From the NCBI GenBank assembly GCA_963797635.1, contig CAWCPZ010000003.1, forward strand, positions 141,346-205,345: 64,000 bases of DNA. The letters are read 5' to 3'. Under the pieces are notes generated by a model. That model had not been told where the DNA came from and did no database searches. It saw nothing but the letters and a program-made list of their open reading frames with translations. The first letter of the stretch is position 1; every line of letters starts with the position of its first letter. The position numbers and the translations under genes are program-made. Shown here in pieces: positions 51,456 to 61,157 of the stretch. This DNA is from an uncultured Actinomycetes bacterium. Lineage in GTDB: Bacteria > Actinomycetota > UBA4738 > HRBIN12.

Positions 51456-53038
51456 TTGCCCGCATCCGTTCGTGCCCTGACGCATCGCCGTGGTCCGTTG
51501 GCTCTGGCGGTGGTCCTGGCGATCATGGCGATGTCCGTCACCCTTCCCCATGCGGGCGCCCAGACCGCGGCCACCGCGGTGGTGGAGCCCGCCACCCCCG
51601 ATCTGATCGCGTCGGCCGTCGACCGCGGCGAGATCACCGAGGCGCAGGGCGCGCTGTTCCTGTCCTACGCCTTCACCGCGCCCGACCAGGTTCCCGAGGC
51701 CTACCGGAGCAGCACGCCGTGGAGCGGCACCCTCCCGCTGTTGGAGCTCAAGCGCACGCTGAAGCGACTGGGTGCGGTGCCGGCCGCGGCCGAGGCCCGT
51801 TCCGTGCTTGCGCGCCACGTCATTCGATTGCTCCAGCTTCCACGCGAGCAGGCCCAACACGAAGTCCACCGCACACTTCTACCTGCAGTACAAGAACTCC
51901 TCGCTCAAGGGCCTCACGGTGAAGCCAGTACGGTTCGGCGCTCGAGACCACGTGGAACACGGAGATCGGCGACTTCGGCTGGGCCCGCCCCCCGAAGGAC
52001 CCGGTGTCGAACCCGCCGGGCGGACGCTACCCGGTGCGCATCGAGAGCCTGGGCTCGGGCTTGTACGGCTTCGTCACGGGCACCCACTACGCCGCGCACA
52101 AGAACAACCCCGCCACCCCCTGGAACGACCGGGACGCGATCGCCTCGTGCATGGTGCTGAACCAGAACTTCGGCCCCTTCCCGGGCACCCCCACGGATGC
52201 GATGCGGGCCACCGTGGCGCATGAGTTCAACCACTCGATCCAGTTCGGCTACGGAGCGCTCACCGGCTTCGGCAGCGTCGACTCGGTCTTCGTCGAAGGC
52301 GGCGCCACCTGGATGGAGGACGAGGTCTTCGACACCTCCAACGACAACTACAACTACCTGTGGCCCAGCTTCACGACGCCGATGGGCAAGTACGCCAAGT
52401 CCCCCTACCCGTACTGGATCGTGTTCCGCGCCATGACCGAACCGTTCGGCACCGGCAACGCGAACGGCGGGGAGCACGATCTTCCAGACGTTCTGGGAGG
52501 AGCTCTCCAAGGGCGACTCGACGAACCTGCAGGCGATGAACAAGGGCTTCGCAGACGAAGGGTTCCTCCCTCGCTGAGGCCTACCACGACGCCTCGATCG
52601 CGCTGCGCTTCCTGCGGAACTGCTCGAGCACCGCCGAGCCCGTACTGCCTGGAGGAAGGCCCCGCCTACGCCGCGACCTTCGCCGGCCCGAACGACGACC
52701 TGTTCAACCTCGGCGCCTCCGACAGCGACACCGGCCGTCAGATCGCCAACGACTTCGCCCTCAACTGGGTGGGCCTGCCGACCGTGAGCGGTCTCGACCT
52801 GTCGGTGACCCACCAGGGCGGCACGGGCCTCCTCGAGGTCAGCATCGCCTGCCGAACCGGCAACGCGGTGACGGTCACGTCCGTGGGTCGCGCCACCCCC
52901 GCCGATCCGGTCGCGTCGGTGACCGGCTACGACGGGTCGGGCTGCGACGAGGTCTCCGCGGTCATCTCGAACGTGAAGATGACGTCGGCCTCACCGTCGT
53001 CGGTGACCAAGACCACCTACGACATCGAGACCAGCTGA
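51456..53038 (+). CDS. Secreted zinc metallopeptidase (HExxH), several frameshifts
   Basis: AGGAGG RBS + TTG start, signal peptide, TVAHEFNHSIQFGY, EGGATWMED. Confidence 0.8.
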
Positions 53039-53053
53039 GGCGATCCGCTCGGC

Positions 53054-54004
53054 TCAGGCCTGTCCGAGGGGATCGTTGGACAGATCGCCGCGGACGGGCC
53101 CGAGCGGTTCGCCGAGCCTGGCGGCGACGCGATCCAGCCGCTCGAGGTGCGTGTAGATGTCCTCGCGCTTCTGCTTCGCCTCGTCGCTGAGCCCCTCGAT
53201 GTCGGCGAGCCGCCAGTGGTTGTCCAGCACCGGTCGCAACACCTGGTCGAGGTGGATGCGCAGGTTGTAGATGCCGGCCTGAGCCATGGCCTTGGCCTTC
53301 TCGCGGAACCCGGGGATCCCCGCCCCCGGCATCGCGAAGTTCGTGATCTGACGGTGCATCGCCTCGACCATGGCCGAGGGGTTCATCTGGATCGCCTGCA
53401 CGGCCATGTCCCGGTAGAAGACGTAGTGCAGGTTCTCGTCGGTGGCCACCCGTGAGCACAGCTTCTCCGCCGTCTCGTCGTCGGTGATGGCACCGGTGTT
53501 GCGGTGGGAGATGCGGGTCGCCAGCTCCTGCAGCGTGGTGAACACCACGCCGTCGAGCGGCCCTTGCTCGGCGAACTCCGGGTACCACCCGCGCAGCGCC
53601 TGATCCATGCGCCCCTGTTCGAGCGCCTTGGGATCGCATCCGCGCGTCACGGTGAGGTAGTCGCGGATCACGATCGCGTGACGACCTTCCTCCGCGGTCC
53701 AGCGGCGGACCCACTCGCCCCACGCCTCTTCCTCGCCGAAGGTCCGCCACAACGCCAGGTGGTAGTAGGGCAGGTTGTCCTCGGTGAGCAGGTTGATCTC
53801 CAACGCCGTCTGCGCGATGTCGGGCAGCCGCGAGTCCTCGGGGCGCCATGGCTCCTTCACGAAGTTCCGCCCCTCTTCGTACGGGACGTAGTCGTGCGGG
53901 AACCATTCGTTGGCGGCACCGACATGCCGATCGAGGGACTTCTCGACCAACGGCATGAGCTCGTGGAGCACGACTTCGTCAGATACGGGGCGGGATTTCG
54001 TCAT
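53054..54004 (-). CDS. Soluble acyl-ACP desaturase (DesA1-like di-iron)
   Basis: WFPHDYVPY, NLLTEDNLPYY, WTAEEGRH, QELATRISH, DENLHYVFYR. Confidence 0.93.
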   Translation of the reverse strand: MTKSRPVSDEVVLHELMPLVEKSLDRHVGAANEWFPHDYVPYEEGRNFVKEPWRPEDSRLPDIAQTALEINLLTEDNLPYYHLALWRTFGEEEAWGEWVRRWTAEEGRHAIVIRDYLTVTRGCDPKALEQGRMDQALRGWYPEFAEQGPLDGVVFTTLQELATRISHRNTGAITDDETAEKLCSRVATDENLHYVFYRDMAVQAIQMNPSAMVEAMHRQITNFAMPGAGIPGFREKAKAMAQAGIYNLRIHLDQVLRPVLDNHWRLADIEGLSDEAKQKREDIYTHLERLDRVAARLGEPLGPVRGDLSNDPLGQA

Positions 54005-54181
54005 GTGCAGATCTCCTCGGTGTGTCCGACCCAAGGTCGGTCCGGTTGCACAGGTTCTGCACCGGAACCTCTGCACGTCCTCTGGCAGGCTTGCGGTCCG
54101 GCCAAATGGGCCAGGCTGCGCCCCTTCCAGGGTACCTCGCCTGAGACCGGTACGCCGCAGGTGTGCACACGACGGCGCGAG

Positions 54182-54207
54182 CCATCCAGGACCGGGCAGC
54201 GTGCGAA
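54182..54207 (+). promoter_or_regulatory. SigK-like ECF promoter CCATCC-N15-GCGAA
   Basis: Resembles the mycobacterial SigK motif (CCATCC..CGAA, recalled) and precedes homologues of SigK-regulon genes. Confidence 0.55.
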
Positions 54208-54233
54208 CAGGTGGGGATGGGAGCGAACCGAAC

Positions 54234-55541
54234 GTGAAGATCGCGGTGGTCGGCAGCGGCGTCTCGGGCCTCGGGGCCGCGTGGGCGCTCTCGCGCACGC
54301 ACGATGTCACCGTGTTCGAGGCCGGCACGTCGCTGGGCGGTCACGCCAACACGGCGATGGTCACCGACGGCGGACGGGCGATCCCGGTGGACACCGGGTT
54401 CATCGTCTACAACGAGCGGAACTACCCGCATCTCGTCCGCCTGTTCCGCGCCCTGGGGGTTCGAACCGAGGCCAGCGACATGTCCTTCTCGGTGTCGGTC
54501 GATCGCGGGGCCTTCGAGTACCAGGCGCGCGCCACCGGCCTGCTGGCGCAGCCGTCGAACCTCCTGCGGCCCTCCTATCTGCGCATGGCCGCCGAGATCG
54601 TCCGCTTCACGCGCGAGGCGAAGGCGCTCGCGGGTTCCGGCGCTGCCGGCTCGACCGCCGAGTTCCTCGAGCGAGGCGGGTACTCCCGCGCGTTCCGCGA
54701 TGACTTCCTCCTGCCGATGGTGGCGTGCATCTGGTCCTCACGGCTCGACCAGATGCTGTCCTATCCCGCCGCCACGATGGCCGCGTTCCTCGACAACCAC
54801 GGATTGCTCGATCTGCGCGACCGGCCCCAGTGGCGCACGGTCGCCGGTGGCAGCCGCGAGTACGTCCGGCGCATCGAGGCCGGCCTGGCCGACGTGCGGC
54901 TCCGCACCCCCGTGGCATCGGTGCTGCGGATCCCCGACGGGGTGATCGTGCGCACGGCCGGCGCCGGCGAGCGGTTCGATCACGTGGTGATGGCCACCCA
55001 CGCCGACACCACGCTCCAGCTGCTCGGCGCCGACGCCTCGGCCGATGAGCGGAGCGTGCTGAGCACCTTCCGCTACCAGGAGAACCGTGCCGTCCTGCAC
55101 CGTGACCCCTCGCTGATGCCCGTGCGCCGCCGGGCGTGGTCCAGCTGGAACTACCTGGCGCAGGGTCGTCGCACGCCCGATGCCGAGCGCCGTGTGTCGC
55201 TCACCTACTGGATGAACCGGCTCCAGAACCTGCGGACCGACCGCCCGGTGCTGGTGACCCTGAACCCGACCCACGAGCCGAGGGACGCCGTGGCCGAGAC
55301 CGTCTACCACCACCCGCAGTACGACGGCGACGCGGTCGAGGCGCAGCGGCGGATCCCCGCGCTCCAGGGCGTGGACCGAACGTGGTTCGCCGGCAGCTAC
55401 ACGGGGTTCGGCTTCCACGAGGACGGGCTCCGTTCGGGGCTGCGTGTGGCGGCCGCGCTGGGCTCACCCGCACCGTGGTGGCGAGACGAGATCGAGCACA
55501 GCACCCATGACGAGCGACAGCCCGTCACGATCGGAGGCTGA
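54234..55541 (+). CDS. FAD-dependent oxidoreductase (COG2907; Rv0449c/UfaD-like)
   Basis: KIAVVGSGVSGL, GGHANT, VDTGFIVYNERNYP, SDMSFS, WSSWNY, TYWMNRLQ, GFHEDG. Confidence 0.9.
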   Translation: MKIAVVGSGVSGLGAAWALSRTHDVTVFEAGTSLGGHANTAMVTDGGRAIPVDTGFIVYNERNYPHLVRLFRALGVRTEASDMSFSVSVDRGAFEYQARATGLLAQPSNLLRPSYLRMAAEIVRFTREAKALAGSGAAGSTAEFLERGGYSRAFRDDFLLPMVACIWSSRLDQMLSYPAATMAAFLDNHGLLDLRDRPQWRTVAGGSREYVRRIEAGLADVRLRTPVASVLRIPDGVIVRTAGAGERFDHVVMATHADTTLQLLGADASADERSVLSTFRYQENRAVLHRDPSLMPVRRRAWSSWNYLAQGRRTPDAERRVSLTYWMNRLQNLRTDRPVLVTLNPTHEPRDAVAETVYHHPQYDGDAVEAQRRIPALQGVDRTWFAGSYTGFGFHEDGLRSGLRVAAALGSPAPWWRDEIEHSTHDERQPVTIGG

Positions 55542-55548
55542 GCCGGCG

Positions 55549-56457
55549 ATGGGTGCGGCCGTCGATCCCGGGACCGAGCGAGGCGGCGGCTTCCGGTTGC
55601 CCCTCGGCGGCGCCTCCGGGCTCTATCGCGGCCGGGTGATGCATCAGCGATCCTTCCCCCGAAGCCATCGCCTGTCCTACGGCGTCTGGTACCTGCTCGC
55701 CGACCTCGACGAGCTGCCCCGCCTCGACCGCACGACCCCCGGCTTCACCTACAACCGTCCCGGCCCGGTCAGCTTCTGGGACCGCGACCACGGATCGCGC
55801 GACGGCGCTCCGTTGCGTCCGTGGATCGAAGGGCGCCTGGCGGAGGCCGGCGTCGACCTCGAGGGTGGACCGATCCGCGTGCTGTCGTTCCCACGCGTGT
55901 TCGGCTACGGCTTCAACCCGATCTGCGTCTGGTGGTGCCACGGTCCGGCCGGCGACCTGCGCGCGATCCTCTACGAGGTCTCGAACACGTTCGGCGAGTG
56001 GCACGACTACCTGGTGCCGGTCCGGCCCGAGGACGTGATCGCGAACGGGCGGGGCGCTTCGGTGCGCACGGTGTTCGCGAAGGAGCTCTACGTCTCGCCG
56101 TTCATCGACATGGAGGCCACCTACGACTTCACCACGCGCGAACCCGACGACCGGGTCTCGGTGGTGGTGCGCGAATCCACGCCGGGCGGCCGGGTCCTGA
56201 TCGCCACGCTGGGCGCGCGCCGGCTTCCCCTCACGGGGCGCACGCTCCTCACGACGCTCCTGCGGTTCCCGCTGGTCACCCTGAAGGTGATCGGCGGGAT
56301 CCATTGGGAGGCGTGGAAGCTCTGGCGCAAGGGCGCTCCGTTCCGACGTCGCGGCCTGCCGCCTGCCGCCCCGGTGTCGATCGTCGGTCCGCGTGCTCCG
56401 GAGGTGACCGAAGGGGCTACCGCGCAAGTCCTCTCCAGGGGTAGGGTTCGGACATGA
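55549..56457 (+). CDS. DUF1365 protein (Rv0448c/UfaO-like)
   Basis: G.VMHQR, PRVFGYGFNPI, EVSNTFGEWH, YVSPF, IHWEAWKLW.KG. Confidence 0.9.
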   Translation: MGAAVDPGTERGGGFRLPLGGASGLYRGRVMHQRSFPRSHRLSYGVWYLLADLDELPRLDRTTPGFTYNRPGPVSFWDRDHGSRDGAPLRPWIEGRLAEAGVDLEGGPIRVLSFPRVFGYGFNPICVWWCHGPAGDLRAILYEVSNTFGEWHDYLVPVRPEDVIANGRGASVRTVFAKELYVSPFIDMEATYDFTTREPDDRVSVVVRESTPGGRVLIATLGARRLPLTGRTLLTTLLRFPLVTLKVIGGIHWEAWKLWRKGAPFRRRGLPPAAPVSIVGPRAPEVTEGATAQVLSRGRVRT

Positions 56458-57653
56458 GCGGCACGCTGGGCGGCGCCCTCGAGCGCCGGTTGCTCTCCAT
56501 CGTCGGCGGCACGATCCGGGTCGGCCGGCTCACCGTGAGCCTGCCCGACGGCACGGAGCGGGAGTTCCGCGGCCGCTTCGACGGGCCCGAGGCCCACGTC
56601 GATCTCCACGACTGGCGCCTGCTTCGACGGCTCACGTCCACCGGGGCGATCGGACTGGCCGACGGCTACGTCGCGGGCGAGTACGACTCCCCCGACCTGT
56701 CCGCCTTCCTGGAACTCGCGGCCTGGCACCTGGAACCCGCCTACCGCTACGAGGTGCCGGGGTGGCTCTACGCCGTCGGACGAACCGCGTGGAAGCTGCT
56801 CGGTGCATCGGCGAAACCGCGTGGCCCGCTGCAGGACATCGTGCAGCACTACGACCTGGGCAACGACTTCTACGAGGCCTGGCTCGACGAGACGATGACC
56901 TACAGCTCGGCCGTCTTCGCCGACGAGCGCATGACCCTGGCCGAGGCGCAGGCCGAGAAGTACCGGCGGCTCGCCGCCGCGACGGGGATCGGGCCCGGGG
57001 ACCACGTGCTCGAGATCGGGTCGGGCTGGGGTGGGTTCGCCGCGGTGCTGGCCGACGAGATCGGCTGCCACGTCACCACGATCACCGTCTCCAAGCAGCA
57101 GCATGACCACGTCGAGAAGCTGATCGCCGATCGCGGGCTCGCCGATCGCGTGCAGGCCCAGCTCCGGGACTTCCGGGACGTGCGCGGCGACTACGACCAC
57201 ATCGTCTCGGTGGAGATGATGGAGTCGATCCCCGCATCGTTGTGGTCACCCTTCTTCGGACAGCTCCGGTCGCTCACGAAACCGGGAGGCACGATCGGCC
57301 TGCAGCTGATCGAGGTGGCCGAGCATCACTGGTCGATCTCGGACACGAACCTCGACTTCGTGCGCCGCTACATCTTCCCCGGCGGCCAGGTGCCGTCCGA
57401 ACCGGTGCTGCGCGACCTCGCTTCGGCGTTCGGTCTGCGCTGGCGGGCGAACCGGGAGTACGGCCAGGACTACGCGCGCACCCTCCGCGCCTGGCTCGCC
57501 GGTTTCGACGCCGCCTGGCCCTCGATCCGAGGGATGAGCGCCGGCTTCGACGACCGGTTCCGGAGGATGTGGCGCTACTACCTCGCGTATTGCGGCGCAG
57601 GGTTCGCGGTGGGCCGGGTCGACGTCAGCCAGATCGTGCTCGAACGCCCCTAG
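56454..57653 (+). CDS. SAM-dependent fatty-acyl methyltransferase (cyclopropane synthase family; UfaA1/UfaM-like)
   Basis: HYDLGNDFY.AWLD.TMTYSSA, LEIGSGWGG, YIFPGG, RMWRYYLAYC. Confidence 0.92.
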   Translation: MSGTLGGALERRLLSIVGGTIRVGRLTVSLPDGTEREFRGRFDGPEAHVDLHDWRLLRRLTSTGAIGLADGYVAGEYDSPDLSAFLELAAWHLEPAYRYEVPGWLYAVGRTAWKLLGASAKPRGPLQDIVQHYDLGNDFYEAWLDETMTYSSAVFADERMTLAEAQAEKYRRLAAATGIGPGDHVLEIGSGWGGFAAVLADEIGCHVTTITVSKQQHDHVEKLIADRGLADRVQAQLRDFRDVRGDYDHIVSVEMMESIPASLWSPFFGQLRSLTKPGGTIGLQLIEVAEHHWSISDTNLDFVRRYIFPGGQVPSEPVLRDLASAFGLRWRANREYGQDYARTLRAWLAGFDAAWPSIRGMSAGFDDRFRRMWRYYLAYCGAGFAVGRVDVSQIVLERP

Positions 57654-57704
57654 CCCGAACGGACGCACCCGGACGGCCGAACGGCAGTAGTCACCCCTGG
57701 GGGG

Positions 57705-57733
57705 TCAAGTTGGACCACCCCTGCGACCGATAG
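57705..57733 (+). promoter_or_regulatory. sigma28/WhiG-like promoter TCAAG-N16-ACCGATAG (leaderless)
   Basis: -10 box ends 8 nt before the ATG at 57742. Confidence 0.5.
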
Positions 57734-57741
57734 AACCCTCC

Positions 57742-59335
57742 ATGAGGGGGACATCCGCACCACCTGCTGGTCTGGCTGCGGGTCTGGCGACCACGACCTA
57801 TCCACGCCGTACGTTCGTGCGCACCGCCGGGATCACGGCCGCGCTCGCGAGCACCGGCATCGCCGCCGACCTGTTCCGGGCGATACCCGCCTCGGCCGGC
57901 GGCACCGTTTCGTTCGTACCGACCGATCCGGATCTGCACCTGCTGCGCCGGGCGACCTACGGCATCACGCCGAACCTGCAGAAGGACATCAGGCGCCTGG
58001 GACGCAACCGGTGGCTGGAACAGCAGCTCGATCCGACCTCGATCAACGACGCCTTCGTCGAGGACTACATCCACGACCGCATGCCCAACCTGAACATGGG
58101 GCTGCAGGAAGCCTGGGACACCCTGGGCGGGTCGTGGGACCTGATGGTGGACCTGGGCAAGGCCGCGATCCTTCGCGCGGGATGGAGCAAGCGCCAGCTG
58201 TACGAGGTGATGGTCGACTTCTGGTCCAACCACCTCAACATCACGAACCCGCACGAGTCCTGCTGGTGGTCGCGCCACGACTACGACCGCAAGGTGATCC
58301 GCAAGCACACGTTCGGCAAGTTCTCGAACATGCTCCGCGACTCCGCCCTGCACCCGGCGATGATGATGTACCTCAACAACGCCGAGTCGACCAAGGACAA
58401 CCCGAACGAGAACTACGGCCGGGAGATCCTGGAGCTGCACTCGGTGGGCGTCGACGGCGGCTACGACGAAGACGACATGCGCCAGTCGACGTTGGTGCTG
58501 ACGGGCTACGGCATCGACTGGGACACCGGGTTGTACGAGTACCACGACTGGGCGCACTACACCGGTCCGGTCAGCGTGATGGGCTGGTCGCACGCGAACG
58601 CCAGTGAGAAGAAGGGCTACGACGTCGCCCTGAAGTACATCGACTACCTGGCCCACCATCCGTCGACGGCCACGCGGATCGCCACGAAGCTCTGCCAACG
58701 CTTCGTCTCCGATGTGCCACCCCCCGCCCTGGTGGACGCCCTGGCGGAGACCTACCTCGACCACGACACCGCGATCGTCCCGGTGCTGCGGAAGCTCTTC
58801 GGTTCGTCGGCCTTCAAGAACTCGGTCGGAGAGAAGGTCCGCCGTCCCTTCCAGGACGTCATGGCCACGGTCCGCGTGCTCGGCATCAAGACCGAGGCGA
58901 GCGGGACCGACGGGCTGCAGGCGATGTACTGGATGCTCGACGGGCTCGGCGACCTGCCGATGGGATGGATCCCACCGAACGGCTACCCCGACTACGCCGA
59001 CGCCTGGCGCTCGGCCGGGATCACGCTGGGCCGATGGAACATGCATCGGCAGCGCCGCCGGGGGCGGCTGGCCCTTCAGCGAGCTGCGGGTCCCCGACAT
59101 GAAGACCTTCCTCTTCGGTTCGAAGCTCCCGAAGACCTACGGCGCCCTCGTCGACGTGATGGCGAAGACGCTGCTGTTCCGGAAGCTCGCACCCGCCCAC
59201 CGCGCTGCGGTCCTCGCGTTCGTCGAGAAGGCGGACACCGACACCGTCAACGCGAACGATTCCTTCCTGCAGGACTGGCGCTTCCCCTATCTGGTGGCGC
59301 TGATCCTCGACACCCCCTACCACGGGATCCGGTGA
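57742..59335 (+). CDS. DUF1800 family protein with Tat-like signal, frameshift ~59050
   Basis: RRTFVR, HLLRRATYG, FWSNH, PAMMMYLNN, PNENYGREILELHSVG, PPNGYP. Confidence 0.92.
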
Positions 59336-59339
59336 TCAC

Positions 59340-60638
59340 ATGACGACGCTCGACGCCACACCAGCCACGAAGCCGTGCGGCTGCCCGGAACTCCCCGAGA
59401 TCTCCCGCCGATCGTTCATCAAGCGGGCGGGTGCTGCCGGCGTCGTCGCCGGCCTGGCCACCGAAGGGATGTTCACGCGTCTCGCCTTCGCGGGTGGCGC
59501 GTACTCGGGTGACGTGCTCATCGTGCTGTCGATGCGGGGCGGCATGGACAGCCTGCAGGCCTTCGTGCCGACCGGCGATCCCGACTACGAGGCCTGGCGC
59601 CCCAACATCAAGATCCCCCAGGGACAGCTCCTGCCCATGGGCGGCATCTTCGGGATGCACCCGTCGCTGGGTTCCCTCAAGCCCTTCTACGACGCCGGTG
59701 ACTTCGGCGTCGTGCAGGCGGTCGGCATGGCCGAGCCCAACCGCTCGCACTTCTCGGCGATGGAGGAGATGGAGCGGGCGGCGCCCGGCTCGTCGCTGAG
59801 GACGGGGTGGCTCGACCGCGTCCTCGGCCTGCGTCCCGACGGCGAGCCGTTCCAGGCCACGCAACTCGGCTCGAACACCGCGGCGAGCGCCTTCCTGGGA
59901 CCGGCGCCGGAGCTCGCGATGTGGTCGATCGACTCGTTCAACCTGGACGGCGCGTGGAACGACACGGAGCTGAACCGCTGGGACACGGCGTTGCGAGCCG
60001 TGAACGAGGGGGCGCCGGGCGTGATCGAGGCGCCGGCGTCGACGGCGTTGAGCGCATTGTCGACCGCCGAGACCCTGGGCGATGCCGACGACTACCTGCC
60101 GGCCAACGGTGCCGTCTATCCCGACGCCGGCCTCGCCGACGCGCTCCGTGACGTCGCGCGCCTGATCAAGGGGAACGTGGGCCTGCAGGTCGCCGCGATC
60201 GACTACGGCGACTGGGACATGCATGCCGACCAGGGATCGGTGGACACCGGGTGGATGCACGATCACCTCGGAGAGCTCTCGGATTCCCTCGCCGCCTTCG
60301 CGACCGACCTCGGCCCGTTGATGGGCGGCGTGACCCTGGTCTCGCTCACCGAGTTCGGCCGCACGGTCCGCGAGAACGGATCGGGCGGCACCGACCACGG
60401 CTACGGCCACGCGGTGATGATGCTGGGCGGAGGCGTCAAGGGCGGTGAGGTCCATGGTCCGTGGCCGGGCCTGGCCGACGACGACCTGGTCGACGGCGAC
60501 CTCGCGGCCACCACCGACTACCGGAACCTGCTGGCGGAGGTCCTGGAGAAGCGCTGTGGTGCGAACGCTTCCGACATCAACGGGATCTTCCCCGGCATCA
60601 CGAACGACCGACCCGACGTGGTCGACACCCTGACCTGA
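59340..60638 (+). CDS. DUF1501 family Tat-exported protein
   Basis: SRRSFIK, RGGMDSL, NRSHF, GWLDR, WDMH, EFGRT..ENG.GGTDHG, TTDYR. Confidence 0.92.
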   Translation: MTTLDATPATKPCGCPELPEISRRSFIKRAGAAGVVAGLATEGMFTRLAFAGGAYSGDVLIVLSMRGGMDSLQAFVPTGDPDYEAWRPNIKIPQGQLLPMGGIFGMHPSLGSLKPFYDAGDFGVVQAVGMAEPNRSHFSAMEEMERAAPGSSLRTGWLDRVLGLRPDGEPFQATQLGSNTAASAFLGPAPELAMWSIDSFNLDGAWNDTELNRWDTALRAVNEGAPGVIEAPASTALSALSTAETLGDADDYLPANGAVYPDAGLADALRDVARLIKGNVGLQVAAIDYGDWDMHADQGSVDTGWMHDHLGELSDSLAAFATDLGPLMGGVTLVSLTEFGRTVRENGSGGTDHGYGHAVMMLGGGVKGGEVHGPWPGLADDDLVDGDLAATTDYRNLLAEVLEKRCGANASDINGIFPGITNDRPDVVDTLT

Positions 60639-60732
60639 GTTCCCCTCCCGAGCATCTCCCGTTGACCGCGGGGCGCCGGTCCGCCATTGTTGCGGCGTCC
60701 TCCGCGAGGGCGGAGGAGGAGAGGGAGGCACC

Positions 60733-61125
60733 ATGTCGAGCAACCGCAGCAGCGGGGCCGTCGGGCTCACGTACTTCGCCGCGTTCATGTTGATCATGAT
60801 CGGCTTCTTCCACGCGATCGCAGGGCTCTCGGGCATCCTGAAGGACGAGTTCTACGTCAAGACCCCGAACTACCTCATCAACCTCGACGCATCCGGGTGG
60901 GGCTGGATCCATCTGATCGTCGGCATCATCATCCTGCTCGCCGGATTCGGGCTCTTCACCGGCGCGGTGTGGGCACGCACCGTGGCGGTGATCATCGCCC
61001 TGATCAGCGCCATCGCGAACTTCGTGTTCATCCCGGTGTACCCGTTCTGGGCGATCACGGTCATCGTCATCGATGTCCTCGTGATCTGGGCGCTGACGGC
61101 GCACGGACGGGACGTGGTCGAGTAG
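60733..61125 (+). CDS. Four-TM small membrane protein
   Basis: WGWIHL, WAR, F.FIP.YPFW; RBS GGAGG. Confidence 0.8.
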   Translation: MSSNRSSGAVGLTYFAAFMLIMIGFFHAIAGLSGILKDEFYVKTPNYLINLDASGWGWIHLIVGIIILLAGFGLFTGAVWARTVAVIIALISAIANFVFIPVYPFWAITVIVIDVLVIWALTAHGRDVVE

Positions 61126-61157
61126 ACCCGGACGGCACCAGGAGGTTCGAAGGATCC

